A stretch of DNA of 64,000 nucleotides from Alkalispirochaeta sp. (GCA_965242725.1 CBDESZ010000025.1:256001-320000), one strand, 5' to 3'; counted from the stretch's first letter, positions 10,156 through 21,146 are shown. The notes: generated from the sequence alone by a model not told the origin. Numbers and translations: made by a program.

Positions 10156-12561
10156 CTACTTCTTCGATTCACCTCTGCCGCCGTCAAGGGTGCTGCACGG
10201 CGTGACCACCATGGGAGCGTCGGCATCCACCTTGACATTTCGCCCGCAGACTATGCATTCCACCGGCGGTCCTTCCAGCAGCTCCAGTCGGTATTCATCA
10301 TGGGTGAGATGTACCATCACCCGGCTGTCGCCCCAGCGCAGGGGGAAGTGCATGCCCGACCACGTACGGGGCAGGCGCGGGTCAAATGAAAGAATTCCGC
10401 GGTAGCTGCGCATGCCGGCAAAACCGTAGGTGAGGGTCATCCATACGCCGCCTGTCGACGCGATATGGACGCCGTCGACGACGTTGCCCGAGACATTTGC
10501 CAGATCCATAAAGAGGGCATACTGAAAATACTCAAGGGCCTTTTCTTCGTACCCGATTTCAGCGGCAAGTATGGACTGCATGCATGCAGAAAGGGATGAG
10601 TCGCCGGTAGTGATAGGGTCGTAGTAGTCAAAGTTGCGCCGCTTTTCCTCAATTGAAAACTCGTTGCCCAACAGGACAAGGGCGAGCGCGACGTCCGCCT
10701 GCTTTATGACCTGATGACGGTATATCACCAGGGGGTGATAGTTGAGCAAAAGGGGGTAGTGGTCCTTGGGAGTATTTGCAAAATCCCACCGTTCCTTCTG
10801 AAGGAAGTTGTCATCCTGGGGGTTGATACCCCGTTTCTCGTCAAAGGGGATGTACATTGCGTCGGCGGCATCGGTCCACAGGGTAACCTCTTCATCCTGT
10901 ATTCCCGTCTCATGAACCAGATGGGAATAGGTTTTCGGCCGATCCTTCTTGATCCACGCCACCGTCTCCGCGGCGTACCGCAGATTGGCCCGGGCCATGA
11001 GGTTGGTAAAGGTATTGTCGTTGACAACCGTTGTGTATTCATCCGGTCCGGTCACGCCGTGGATGTGGAATTCACCGTTCTCCGGATTGAAAAAGCCAAG
11101 GTGAATCCACAGCCGCGCCGTCTCGATAAGGATTTCCGCTCCCGACTCGGCGAGAAAATCGTAATCATCCCGGACTTCCACATAGTGGCGTATGGCGTAG
11201 GCGATGTCGGCGTTGATGTGGTATTGAGCCGTGCCCGCCGCGTAATAGGACGACGCCTCCTCACCGTTGATGGTTCGCCATGGAAAGAGGGCCCCCGCCT
11301 CGGAGAGTTCCTGGGCGCGGCTCCGCGCCTTGTCGAGCATGCTGTGCCTGAATCGCAGGAGATTGCGGGCGATTCGCGGTTCGGTGAAGGTGAGGAATGG
11401 CGCAACATAGACCTCGGTATCCCAGAAATAGTGTCCCTCATAGGCCTGTCCGGTGAGTCCTTTTGCAGGTATTCCCGTCGTCTCCGCCCGCGCCGATGCC
11501 TGGCAGAGCTGATAGAGATTCCACCGTACCGCCTGTTGGATGCGCGGTTCCGTATCCACGACCACGTCCGAGTGCTGCCAGAAGCGATCGAGGTAGCTCT
11601 TCTGGGCACTGAGAATGCGATGAAAGCCGTCGCGGACTGCACGATCGAGGGTACGATTGCACCGGTCAACGAGCTCCTGGCTGGGAACTGACCGGGAGGT
11701 GTGGTAGGTGAAGTACTTGGTGATGACGATCGGTTCGTTCGCCTGCGCCTTGATGACAAAGACCACCTTGCTCATGTCCTCGCCCCAGGTGCAGTTTGTG
11801 TACCATTCATTTTGCGTCTCGATCGTGTGATCCATCCCGGTACCCAGGGACATCCGGGAGTTGGAAGTTCTATACCCCGTTATCAGTCGGAGGTTGTCTT
11901 CATGATGTGCCTTTGCATTCAGAACGCGCTGAACGAACTGACGTCCCTTGCGGGGATCCTTCCTGTTGCCGTTTTGCGGTTCGTCGATTCCACGGCTGTC
12001 CTGCCGGTTCAACAACTGGGAAGAGACGACGACCGGGGCGTCCGTGTCGATTTCGATCTCGTAGCGAATGGCGCCGAGATGGCGGTATTCCAGAGATACG
12101 ACGCGTTCAGACCGAATTCTCACCTGCTTGCCCGCCGGCGACGACCAGTTCATGTCGCGCCTCAGCACGCCGGCGCGAAAATCCAGTTCCCTGTTGTATT
12201 CCGTCATCCGGGCAGTGGGAAGATAGAGCGGTTCGTCGTCAACGTAGAGTTTCAGGAGCGTCGGATCGGGGACGTTGACGATTGTCTGTCCCGTGCGGGC
12301 AAAGCCATACGCTTCCTCTGCGTGAATGATCGGCCACGTCTCATGAAAGCCGTTGCAGAACGTACCCGCCTCAACGGTGGGCCGTCCCTCCTCAAACATG
12401 CCCCGAATTCCAAGAAACCCGTTGGAAAGGCTGAAAATCGTCTCGGCGGGACCCATCCAGTCTTCGTCAAAATGGGTCTCCACAATTCCCCACTCATTGG
12501 GGGGATACAGATGGCTCGGCAGGTGTTCAATCGCTCGCGGAATCATAGGGTGTAGTTTCAT
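10156..12561 (-). CDS. Glycoside hydrolase family 65 (trehalose/kojibiose/maltose phosphorylase-like)
   Basis: KGLTGQAYEGHYFWDTE, QYHINADIA, VTGPDEY, KQAD, DSSLS motifs; start 12561 or 12582. Confidence 0.92.
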   Translation of the reverse strand: MKLHPMIPRAIEHLPSHLYPPNEWGIVETHFDEDWMGPAETIFSLSNGFLGIRGMFEEGRPTVEAGTFCNGFHETWPIIHAEEAYGFARTGQTIVNVPDPTLLKLYVDDEPLYLPTARMTEYNRELDFRAGVLRRDMNWSSPAGKQVRIRSERVVSLEYRHLGAIRYEIEIDTDAPVVVSSQLLNRQDSRGIDEPQNGNRKDPRKGRQFVQRVLNAKAHHEDNLRLITGYRTSNSRMSLGTGMDHTIETQNEWYTNCTWGEDMSKVVFVIKAQANEPIVITKYFTYHTSRSVPSQELVDRCNRTLDRAVRDGFHRILSAQKSYLDRFWQHSDVVVDTEPRIQQAVRWNLYQLCQASARAETTGIPAKGLTGQAYEGHYFWDTEVYVAPFLTFTEPRIARNLLRFRHSMLDKARSRAQELSEAGALFPWRTINGEEASSYYAAGTAQYHINADIAYAIRHYVEVRDDYDFLAESGAEILIETARLWIHLGFFNPENGEFHIHGVTGPDEYTTVVNDNTFTNLMARANLRYAAETVAWIKKDRPKTYSHLVHETGIQDEEVTLWTDAADAMYIPFDEKRGINPQDDNFLQKERWDFANTPKDHYPLLLNYHPLVIYRHQVIKQADVALALVLLGNEFSIEEKRRNFDYYDPITTGDSSLSACMQSILAAEIGYEEKALEYFQYALFMDLANVSGNVVDGVHIASTGGVWMTLTYGFAGMRSYRGILSFDPRLPRTWSGMHFPLRWGDSRVMVHLTHDEYRLELLEGPPVECIVCGRNVKVDADAPMVVTPCSTLDGGRGESKK

Positions 12562-12604
12562 CGATTCCCCCGGCAGGTGCAAGATGTGACCCCCGGAAAG
12601 GGAG

Positions 12605-13405
12605 CTATTTCCGGGCCAGTCTGTAGGAACCGAGAAGGATGACGACCACTCCCACCCATTGCAGGGGAGTCACCCTTTCGCCGAATACAATCACCCCTCC
12701 CACAACAGGCGTAATGATAAATGCCGAGGTGAACGTGGGAATGATGTCCACCGCCCGGGCCTTCCCGTAGCCAAATTGAATGACCACCATGGAGGCGGCG
12801 GACAATCCGATCCACACAAGGGTGATGGGATCGGTCACCACGCTCCGGACAAGGGCAAGCATCCCTGCCGTGAAGTCTATGCTGTTCGTCGAAACTTTCT
12901 GGAAGAGCTGGGAATATGCTCCCAGAAATCCCGAAAGGGTACCGAAGAGCGTACCCCGGAGGGGCCCATCCGAAATAGCTGCAATTGCAACGCCCGCCGC
13001 AGCGGTCACCGCGGCGGGTATCACCCACAGAGGTATCACCCGTAATACCGTAGGCCCCGGGCGGGAAAAGAGGGCGATCAGAACCGCTCCTGCTGCGATG
13101 ACCGCCATCGCGACGGTGTCGCGCATCTCCAGTCGTTCGTTCATGAAACGGGAGGCAAAGAGACTGACACTCACCAGGCCGGTACCGGCCATCGCGCCGA
13201 CGACGGATACAGAACCTACCGCAATCGCCCCGAAAACAATGAGAAACGAAAGTCCCGACGCGATGACAGCGGCGGCCCAGATCGCCGTACCTCGTTTCGG
13301 GTGTCCTTTCCGCATCTCCAAACCGATCTTCTGAACCGCCTGGGAGAGATTGAGAATGGAGTACCCGACAAAGGCGAGGGCGGCGGACAGGAGGGGCGAG
13401 TGCAT
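12605..13405 (-). CDS. DMT-superfamily membrane protein (NIPA/EamA-like)
   Basis: About 9 hydrophobic helices, QK motif in helix 1, GVIVFGE motif. Confidence 0.6.
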   Translation of the reverse strand: MHSPLLSAALAFVGYSILNLSQAVQKIGLEMRKGHPKRGTAIWAAAVIASGLSFLIVFGAIAVGSVSVVGAMAGTGLVSVSLFASRFMNERLEMRDTVAMAVIAAGAVLIALFSRPGPTVLRVIPLWVIPAAVTAAAGVAIAAISDGPLRGTLFGTLSGFLGAYSQLFQKVSTNSIDFTAGMLALVRSVVTDPITLVWIGLSAASMVVIQFGYGKARAVDIIPTFTSAFIITPVVGGVIVFGERVTPLQWVGVVVILLGSYRLARK

Positions 13406-13477
13406 TCATAGAACCTACTCACGCGGGTCCGGAGAGGCAATTTGAAGTTCCGTGGTCCGATGGTTATGTTTGTACCG

Positions 13478-14392
13478 ATGAATGTAAGTGTCGTGATTCC
13501 CACCTATAACGAAGAAGAAAACCTCCCTCCGCTGCTCTCCGATCTGGCCTCCCAGACGGAGAAGGAGGTGGAGGTGATCGTCGCGGATGCCAACTCTGCC
13601 GACCGGACCCGGGAAATTGCCGGGGAGATGGGGGCCGTGGTGGTGGACGGCGGCCTGCCCGCAGTGGGAAGAAACGCCGGAGCCGCCGTCGCGTCGGGGG
13701 ATATTATCTGCTTTCTCGACTCTGATGTGCGTATTCCCCCCCAATTTCTCCGTAACGCCATAAAAGAAATGAAGTCACGCGGTCTTGTTGCCGCAACCGC
13801 CCAGGCACGGCCGATTTCCAATCTTCTCATGGACCGCCTCATTCACCGATCGGCAAATCTCTTTGTCCGTCTCAATCAGGAACGGGATCCCCACGCTCCG
13901 GGGTACTGTATCTTCGTGACACGGGATGTCTTCAGGAAAATCGGCGGTTTTGACGAGTCAATCAAGGTTGCAGAGGACCACGACTTTGTCAGTCGGGCAA
14001 GCGAACACGGTCCGTTCAGAATACTGGACAACGCCTGGTTCAAAGTGAGTGTCCGCCGTTACGAAAAAGAGGGAAGAATTGCCTACTCCCTGAAGGCCGC
14101 GATGATCACCGCCTATCGTGCGATGTACGGCGAAATCACCGATGAATCGGTGGTTGAGTATGAGTTCGGCGATTTTGAGGCGGAGGACAAGACGACCGTA
14201 CAGAAAGCACTCCGAAAAGTGGAAAAGGGGATCAACAGAATGGATCGGCGGACGCAGAAGCTTGAAAAGAAGCTCGCAAAGGCGATCCGGAAAGGCTCCC
14301 CCAAAACGGAAGACTACCGTCAGGCCCTTGACCGTCTGCGCACCCTCATTCGAGATACCGGAAATTCCCTTTTTGGAAATGATTCACGCTGA
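13478..14392 (+). CDS. Glycosyltransferase family 2
   Basis: SVVIPTYNEE, D..S.D.T, GRNAGA, FLDSD, GGFDE, AEDHD. Confidence 0.9.
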   Translation: MNVSVVIPTYNEEENLPPLLSDLASQTEKEVEVIVADANSADRTREIAGEMGAVVVDGGLPAVGRNAGAAVASGDIICFLDSDVRIPPQFLRNAIKEMKSRGLVAATAQARPISNLLMDRLIHRSANLFVRLNQERDPHAPGYCIFVTRDVFRKIGGFDESIKVAEDHDFVSRASEHGPFRILDNAWFKVSVRRYEKEGRIAYSLKAAMITAYRAMYGEITDESVVEYEFGDFEAEDKTTVQKALRKVEKGINRMDRRTQKLEKKLAKAIRKGSPKTEDYRQALDRLRTLIRDTGNSLFGNDSR

Positions 14393-15745
14393 CGGTGCAA
14401 GGGAGCCGCTTTTCGCCACCTCCCGAAAGAAGTGGTAACTCTCCCTGGGTGTACGTTTCTGGCTTTCATAGTCAACATGCACGAGCCCGAAGCGTTGTCC
14501 GTAGCCGTAATGCCACTCAAAATTGTCCAATAGACTCCAGACAAAGTACCCCCGGATATCCTGCCCTTCGGCGATGGCGCGATGGAGCTCCACGAGATAG
14601 GAACTGAGATAATTGATGCGTCGTGTATCGTGAATGCGGTCCTCCTGGACCGGATCGTCGTAGGAGGCGCCGTTTTCGGTGATGATTATCGGCGGATTCC
14701 CGTACCGATCACGGATCCAGCGCAGGATTCGGTAGAATCCGGGGGGATACACTTCCCATTCCATGTCGGTAAAGAGCACCGACTCATATAGGGGGCGCAA
14801 AAGCCGGAATCCGATGAACGGGAAGAGGGTCCGGCGGGCGATGAACCGGGAATAATGGTTGACACCGAGGAAATCGGGCGGCTTGTTGATGATCTTCCAG
14901 TCGGTTGATCGAATCTGCCTGTTCAGCAGATGCATCACAGGGCCGAGGGCGCGGGGATATCGGCCCAGATAGATGGGATCCATAAAGAGTTCATTGAGAA
15001 CCGCCGAGACAAGGTCCGCAACACGTTCATCCACACTGCGATGGGCGTAAACCGGCGCGAAACTGTTGGCGATACCGATCACGCTCTCCCGCTGATGGGC
15101 CCGTATGGCGTCCACCGCGAGACCGTGGGCAAGAAGAAAAATGTGGGCCGCCTTCGCCGCCGCAACGGGAGAGCGCCGTCCAGGGGCGTGCGTCCCCGCG
15201 AGGTACCCCGCGCCCGTCACCGAAAGCGGCTCGTTGAGGGTAATCCAGTGGGAGACTCTGTCTCCCAGGCGACGAACGACGGCGGCGGCGTAGTCGGCGA
15301 AAAGGTAGGCGGTTCGGCGATTTGTCCAGCCGCCGGTATCTTCCAGCGCCTGGGGGAGGTCCCAATGAAAGAGCGTTACATAGGGGGTGATGCCTCGTTC
15401 AAGGAGGCTGTCCACAAGGCGGTCGTAGAAGTCGAGTCCACGCTCTTCCAGCCGTCCCGTTCCCGTCGGAAAAATCCGCGGCCAGGCGATTGAAAAACGA
15501 TACGCTCCGACGTTGAGGCGTTGTATGAGGGCGACGTCCTCCCGGTACCGGTGGTAGTGATCGCACGCAACATCTCCGGTGCTGCCGTCCCGTATCGTTC
15601 CGGAGCGGTGGGTAAACCGGTCCCACACACTTTCACCCTTGCCGTCGGCATTCCACGCCCCTTCAATCTGGTACGCCGAAGTGCTGACCCCCCAGATAAA
15701 GCGGTCGGGAAAGTGCAGCGTCGACGGAGATCCCTTTTCGGTCAT
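14384..15745 (-). CDS. Beta-glucosidase, GH1
   Basis: WGVSTSAYQIEG, TLNEP, ITENG, WSLLDNFEW. Confidence 0.95.
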   Translation of the reverse strand: MTEKGSPSTLHFPDRFIWGVSTSAYQIEGAWNADGKGESVWDRFTHRSGTIRDGSTGDVACDHYHRYREDVALIQRLNVGAYRFSIAWPRIFPTGTGRLEERGLDFYDRLVDSLLERGITPYVTLFHWDLPQALEDTGGWTNRRTAYLFADYAAAVVRRLGDRVSHWITLNEPLSVTGAGYLAGTHAPGRRSPVAAAKAAHIFLLAHGLAVDAIRAHQRESVIGIANSFAPVYAHRSVDERVADLVSAVLNELFMDPIYLGRYPRALGPVMHLLNRQIRSTDWKIINKPPDFLGVNHYSRFIARRTLFPFIGFRLLRPLYESVLFTDMEWEVYPPGFYRILRWIRDRYGNPPIIITENGASYDDPVQEDRIHDTRRINYLSSYLVELHRAIAEGQDIRGYFVWSLLDNFEWHYGYGQRFGLVHVDYESQKRTPRESYHFFREVAKSGSLAPSA

Positions 15746-15889
15746 TGTGTGAAGGTAGCGATGAGCGGTGACGGGTGTAAAGTGTGTCTGCCGGGCCGGT
15801 CATTGTGAGGCGGGTGGCCCTTGCCGGTGCACCGGAACGGCGATAGAGAACCGGATGGTTCAATTTAAAGATATAAGGAAGAAGGGTTC

Positions 15890-15960
15890 AGCGGTGGACG
15901 GGAGTCGAACCCGCGTCTCCAGCTTGGGAAGCTGGGGTAATGCCGTTATACGACCACCGC
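15890..15960 (-). tRNA. tRNA-Gly (CCC), CCA not encoded
   Basis: Minus strand GCGGTGG...CCAGC-TTCCCAA-GCTGG...GCGGGTTCGACTCCCGT-CCACCGC-T cloverleaf; upstream TTGACT-18-TATTCT promoter. Confidence 0.97.
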
Positions 15961-16073
15961 ATGGGTATCCCCGATCGGGATTTCCAGAACGAAGAATATG
16001 CGGAGCGCAACCGGTCAGTCAAGCGATGGAGCCATATTACTATGACGCCGGCGCTGTGCTATGATCGCCCGAT

Positions 16074-17015
16074 ATGACCGATACCGCACCGTCTCAGACC
16101 CGGAACACAACCGGCGTCGTCTCAGCCGTCGCCGCTTTTTCACTGTGGGGCGTTTTCCCCCTCTACTGGGCGCAGATCGCGCATGTGCCGCCTCTTGAGG
16201 TCATCTGGCACCGCATACTCTGGGGCGGCGTACTTTCATGGCTCATCGTGGCACTTCAGCGGCGTCGTGTCGTGCCGGAGGGAAACGTGGCGCGTCCGCC
16301 GCTGTTCCCGAAAGGGCGCGCCGGGGCGCTCCTCGTTCTCAACGGGCTCCTCTTGGGAGTCAACTGGTTTGTCTACGTCTGGGCGGTCAGTTCCGGACGG
16401 ACACTGGAAGCGAGCCTCGGATACTACATCAATCCCCTGGTGAACGTCCTCTTTGGCATGCTCTTTTTTACGGAACGTCTGACGCCGATGCAATGGACCG
16501 CCGTGGCGAGCGCGACGGTTGGTGTATCCTACATGACCCTGCAGGTTGGCGCCTTTCCCTGGGTCAGCTTTGCCCTGGCCGGTACCTTCGGTCTGTATGG
16601 AGTCATCAAAAAAAAGACCGTTCTCTCCTCCATCCATGGACTTGCCGTTGAACTGACGCCGGTGATGGCCGTTGCTTTTTTCATGGTCATACGGTCGCTG
16701 ATGACCGGAAACGGATATTTTGCCGCCGGGGACGCGTCGACGACGCTGTACCTTCTCGGCGCGTCGGTTGTCACCGTCGCCCCGTTGTTGCTCTTCGGTA
16801 TTGCCGCCCGGCGCATACGGCTGGCCGATGTCGGTTTTCTTCAGTACATCGCGCCGACGCTCATGTTTCTGCTGGCCGTCTTTGTTTTTCGGGAGTCCGT
16901 TGGGACGGCACGAATCGTCGGTTTTGCATGGGTGTGGCTTGGTCTCGGAATATATACCTCCGGCAATATCCACGGCCGGAGAAAGATGCGCACCCTGCGA
17001 AGGGGTGTGCAGTAG
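16074..17015 (+). CDS. rarD: EamA-family transporter RarD
   Basis: EASLGYYINPLVNV, GFLQYIAPTLMF. Confidence 0.92.
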   Translation: MTDTAPSQTRNTTGVVSAVAAFSLWGVFPLYWAQIAHVPPLEVIWHRILWGGVLSWLIVALQRRRVVPEGNVARPPLFPKGRAGALLVLNGLLLGVNWFVYVWAVSSGRTLEASLGYYINPLVNVLFGMLFFTERLTPMQWTAVASATVGVSYMTLQVGAFPWVSFALAGTFGLYGVIKKKTVLSSIHGLAVELTPVMAVAFFMVIRSLMTGNGYFAAGDASTTLYLLGASVVTVAPLLLFGIAARRIRLADVGFLQYIAPTLMFLLAVFVFRESVGTARIVGFAWVWLGLGIYTSGNIHGRRKMRTLRRGVQ

Positions 17016-17042
17016 CACCCGCTCCTCTTCAGACACCGACGG

Positions 17043-18761
17043 GTGGGGAGGTCCGCCGCCCTCCCTGTTCGCGCCGCCTGTGCGTTGGTGAAGCGAGGCA
17101 CACGCTCCCGCATTGTGTCCCGTGTGGCCCTTTCCCGTCGCGCTCCCGTGATGATTCTTCTGATCTGTCTCACCCGTTTATTCCTCTTCCCGGGGGTCCT
17201 TCACGGTGAGGAAGGGGAGAATCTTCAATGGCGGGTGTCCATCGACGGGGAGACCACCGAGGATGGTGCGGTATCACAGCGTACGATAGGGACGTTGGGA
17301 GACCATCGGATAGTCTGGTGGTCTCGGGGTACTCTTGTGTACCGGCGTGAAGAGGTTGCTCCGGCGGGAATGGTGCAACGGGAATATCGGATTCACAATC
17401 CCGTTACGGACATGCACCACCGGGTCGGTGCGGCCGTCGGTCCTCTCACCTTCGGTCCATTGAGAATGCGCGGCAGCTATACACGATTCTGTGATCCCAC
17501 GACCGGCGGTGTAGATCCCCTTTCCATCGGGCAGACGACGGGCGCGTCCCTCGACATATCCCGGGATCCGACGAAAAGGGAGGGCGTCTTTCTGGACATT
17601 CCCGGTCGGTCAGGATCCACAGTGGGCGGTGTTCACGGGCCGGTCAAGCCCTTTGCCGTCGGGGGAGGGTACCTTTCCGTGCCGTCCCGCTCCTCCCGAC
17701 GGCTTCCGGTACGGGTGACCATGTCACGTATTGAGTGTGCTCCCCGAGCGGGCCGCTTCGGTGGGGTCATCGTTACCGGCGGTTCCGTTGACCGTTTTCC
17801 GCCTGCCGGTGAGGGCGGCGGGAGCGGATCGAGTACCGGTTACCGCGATTTCATGACCGAGTCGTGGCTCTTTCCGTCTCCGCCGGCGAGGGTTGCCCGA
17901 CTGGAGAATCTCGGGCTGACCTATATCGTCCATCGCGGTATTCGGGATGAAGCGTGGCCCTTCCCGCCGGTGCGCCTCTTCCTGGAGGGGTGGCGACAGA
18001 CCTCTTCATACCGACCGCCACGCCACGCCGTGTCCGCGGCGGCGACGGTCGGCTCACCGTCACTGCGTATTTCCGCCCGTACCGTCTATGCCGAGGCGGG
18101 ATATCTTGATATCGATTTTACGCCTGTCCTTCGGCACAGGTATTGGGGGGTGCGGGTAGAGCGTGAAAGTCTCCTTCCGGCAGAAGCCGGAAGCCGCTCG
18201 CCTCGTCTTTTCGTCAGCTGGGAGTCGGACAGAAGGAGTGGGTGGATCGACGGCGTTCCGGACCGTCCGGAAGATCACCATCGCGGAGCCATACGATACG
18301 CTTCCACCCGATGGGTCCGGGGCTGCGCGTTGGAAGGGGAATGGCCGGAGGAGCGGTATGTCGCGTCGGTGTCGCTTGCCGTTCCCCGGGAAGCGCCCCT
18401 TCCCGTTGAACCCGCCGTCACGTACGCGTTCAATATACACAGGTCCGACCGGTATCGGAGGCATACCGGTACGATTACCCTTTCATCTCCAGCTTTCGCG
18501 GCAACCCGCCGCTGGACCCTCTCCACAAGAATCGATTACGAAGAAGATCTCACCCCGTCGGCGCCTCCGCAGTGGCACGGTGCGGTCGGCGCCGATATCT
18601 CTGTTCATGACGATGTGACGGTATCGTTGCGTGGGGAGATTGAAGACATGACCGGTGACGAATCGGCGTGGTCTGTCCTTTTGCGACTTTCCTGGAGTCG
18701 CTCCGGTACGATTGTGGGGTCGCCCCCCGATATCGGAACGGAAGCTACAGCTGAAGAATGA
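17043..18761 (+). CDS. Hypothetical exported protein, possible outer-membrane beta-rich protein (likely start ~17148)
   Basis: Long ORF filling the gap; signal-peptide-like MILLICLTRLFLFPGVLHG; alternating beta-strand patterns in the C-terminal half; no family recognised. Confidence 0.5.
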   Translation: MGRSAALPVRAACALVKRGTRSRIVSRVALSRRAPVMILLICLTRLFLFPGVLHGEEGENLQWRVSIDGETTEDGAVSQRTIGTLGDHRIVWWSRGTLVYRREEVAPAGMVQREYRIHNPVTDMHHRVGAAVGPLTFGPLRMRGSYTRFCDPTTGGVDPLSIGQTTGASLDISRDPTKREGVFLDIPGRSGSTVGGVHGPVKPFAVGGGYLSVPSRSSRRLPVRVTMSRIECAPRAGRFGGVIVTGGSVDRFPPAGEGGGSGSSTGYRDFMTESWLFPSPPARVARLENLGLTYIVHRGIRDEAWPFPPVRLFLEGWRQTSSYRPPRHAVSAAATVGSPSLRISARTVYAEAGYLDIDFTPVLRHRYWGVRVERESLLPAEAGSRSPRLFVSWESDRRSGWIDGVPDRPEDHHRGAIRYASTRWVRGCALEGEWPEERYVASVSLAVPREAPLPVEPAVTYAFNIHRSDRYRRHTGTITLSSPAFAATRRWTLSTRIDYEEDLTPSAPPQWHGAVGADISVHDDVTVSLRGEIEDMTGDESAWSVLLRLSWSRSGTIVGSPPDIGTEATAEE

Positions 18762-20091
18762 GTCGCGCCGCCTGGAAATAGATGGTTAGCCCCGCTACGT
18801 CTATTACCGTTGCCATGAGCGGGCCCGCCATGACGGTGGGGTCAAATCCCAGTCGATGGATCACCAGAGGCGCAAGTGCGCCAATGACACTTGAAAAAAC
18901 AACGACAAAAATGAGGGCCGCCCCTATCGCTCCGGCCTGCAGCCATTCCACGCCGGGGGGAAGGTAGACGCTGCGGACCATGATCACCAGTGCCAGCACG
19001 AGCCCCATTAATAGACCGACGACGATCTCTTTTGCCATGACCTTACCAATGTCCCGAAACCGGATTTCGCCGGTAGCGAGTCCGCGTATCATGAGGGTGG
19101 AACTCTGTGTCCCCGAGTTTCCCCCCGTCTGGGTGATCACCGGTACAAACCATACGAGAAAACCTGCGGCGAGGGTCAATGATTCAAAGGCGCTGAGAAC
19201 GTTTGTAGTCAGGGTTCCGGCGACGAGAAGTATAATGAGCCAGGGGATGCGTTTCCGAATGAGCTTGCCCACCGAAGACTCGGTATACTTGTCTATGGAC
19301 CCTTCCATCGCTCCCATCTTGTAGACGTCCTCCGTCTGCTCTTCCCGTATGACGTCGATGGCGTCGTCAAAGGTAACGATACCCAGAAGGCGGTTGTAGC
19401 TGTCCACGACGGGAAGGGCGATAAGGTCGTTGGCTTCCAGCGTCTTTGCCACCTCTTCCTGGTCCACGTGGTCGGGAACGCTGATAACCTTGTGGGTCAT
19501 TACCTCGTCAATTCGCTTGGAATCATCGGTAAAGAGCAGATCCTTGAGACTCACCACCCCGAGAAGGCGTTTCAGGGTATCCACAACATATATGTAGTAA
19601 ATGGTCTCAACCTTCCGGGCGTTCATGCGTATGAAGGCGAGAGCCTGGCCGACGGTGATGTTGGCGCGAATCGCGAGGTACCGCGTCGTCATGATGCCGG
19701 CGGCATGATCCTCGTCAAAGCGAAGGAGGAACTGCATTTGCGTCCGGGCTTCATCACTCAGAGACTGCCAGACGTTCTCCCGCGCTTCCGGGTGCAGTTC
19801 CTGAATGATGTCGACAAGGTCGTCGGGCTCTATCTTTTCAAAAATCTCCCGGGCGTTGTCCAGGGGCAGGTTTTCAATGAGCCATTCCTGATCGGCCGAT
19901 CCGAGCTCGGTTATGAGTTCCGCTTTCTGTTCTATCGGCAGGAGCAGGAAAAGGTCGATCGCTTCAATGTCGTTGAGGTCCTGCCACATGTGAACGATGT
20001 CCTGAATGGACATGTCGACAACCATTTCCCGGAGCTGGTCGTCGCTGAGTTCCCGGATGTATTCCCTCAGGTTCTCTATTGTGTTTTGCAT
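18745..20091 (-). CDS. mgtE: Magnesium transporter MgtE
   Basis: N-domain, CBS pair, KRIPWL, TGGNSGTQ, DPTVMAGPLMATVID. Confidence 0.95.
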   Translation of the reverse strand: MQNTIENLREYIRELSDDQLREMVVDMSIQDIVHMWQDLNDIEAIDLFLLLPIEQKAELITELGSADQEWLIENLPLDNAREIFEKIEPDDLVDIIQELHPEARENVWQSLSDEARTQMQFLLRFDEDHAAGIMTTRYLAIRANITVGQALAFIRMNARKVETIYYIYVVDTLKRLLGVVSLKDLLFTDDSKRIDEVMTHKVISVPDHVDQEEVAKTLEANDLIALPVVDSYNRLLGIVTFDDAIDVIREEQTEDVYKMGAMEGSIDKYTESSVGKLIRKRIPWLIILLVAGTLTTNVLSAFESLTLAAGFLVWFVPVITQTGGNSGTQSSTLMIRGLATGEIRFRDIGKVMAKEIVVGLLMGLVLALVIMVRSVYLPPGVEWLQAGAIGAALIFVVVFSSVIGALAPLVIHRLGFDPTVMAGPLMATVIDVAGLTIYFQAARLILQL

Positions 20092-20127
20092 GCGTGGCCT
20101 CCCAACCGGTCCAACCGTCGCCTTATA

Positions 20128-21045
20128 TTATATCCACTCACCGAGAAAGAGGACCTCGGGGCTGAGAAGATGCCCCGTTGCCTGATATACCCTGTTCTGA
20201 ACATCCGTTACCAGTTCCCGTATATCGCGGGCGGTTGCCGTGCCGGTATTGATAATGATGTTGCCGTGCCGGGGGCTCACCTGCGCACCGCCGTGCCGCA
20301 GTCCTCGCAAGCCGATTCCGTCGATGATCTGTCCGGAAGGAACGCCGATGGATCGATCGTTTTTAAAAATGGAGCCCGCACAGGGCGCCTCGAAGTGACC
20401 TTTTTGAGAGCGGTCCGCTTTGATCGCATCCATTCTCCGCCACAGTTCCTCGCTGGTCGCTCCCCGCCACAGTCGAAATGTCGCCGAAGTTATAACCCTG
20501 CTCCCATCCTGGAAGGGGGAGATCTTGTACGCAAAGTCTCCTTCCTGTGTATGGTATACACCCTTTTTACCGGTCATAGAGACATATTCGACACGCTCCA
20601 GGATGTGTGATATCTCGCCGCCGTAGCAACGGGCGTTCATCCATACGGCGCCGCCGACGCTCCCGGGCATTGCGTATATGAAATCGAGGCCTTCCAGGTC
20701 GTTGTGAGCAGCGAAAGCGGAAACATCGCTGATGGCCGCCCCCGCCTGCGCCTCGACACGATCGCCGGTCCGCCGCATTTCTCTCATTTCTCCCATCCAG
20801 ATTACCACTCCGGGGATACCGCGATCGCTGACAACGACATTGGCGCCTCCGCCGAGTATCGTCACCGGTATCGACGTGGGAAGGATATGCTCCAGGAGCT
20901 GACTGAGTTCTTTCGTCGATTGAGGAAATGCAAGTACTTCAGCGGGTCCTCCAACACGAAATGTCGTATACTGGGCCAGTAGTTCGTCATTTCGGAGTAG
21001 TACCGGGAGGTTGAAGTTTTCCACCGTGCGCTGTACCGTAGTCAC
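20128..21045 (-). CDS. murB: UDP-N-acetylenolpyruvoylglucosamine reductase
   Basis: TTFRVGGPA, GGGANVVVSD, PGSVGGAVWMNA, AGSIFKN, HGNIIIN. Confidence 0.95.
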   Translation of the reverse strand: MTTVQRTVENFNLPVLLRNDELLAQYTTFRVGGPAEVLAFPQSTKELSQLLEHILPTSIPVTILGGGANVVVSDRGIPGVVIWMGEMREMRRTGDRVEAQAGAAISDVSAFAAHNDLEGLDFIYAMPGSVGGAVWMNARCYGGEISHILERVEYVSMTGKKGVYHTQEGDFAYKISPFQDGSRVITSATFRLWRGATSEELWRRMDAIKADRSQKGHFEAPCAGSIFKNDRSIGVPSGQIIDGIGLRGLRHGGAQVSPRHGNIIINTGTATARDIRELVTDVQNRVYQATGHLLSPEVLFLGEWI

Positions 21046-21146
21046 CGCCTTACAATATCTGAAGGGTGCCAGCTATTCAATGAAACGTATAGATGCCAAC
21101 GATCCTCCGTTGTGGTGTAACTTCTGCGGATCTCGATGGTTATAAC

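Noticed and set aside
15890..15960. tRNA-Gly as an integration site for an island
   Set aside because: No integrase, no duplicated tRNA 3' end seen, and the flanking genes are ordinary
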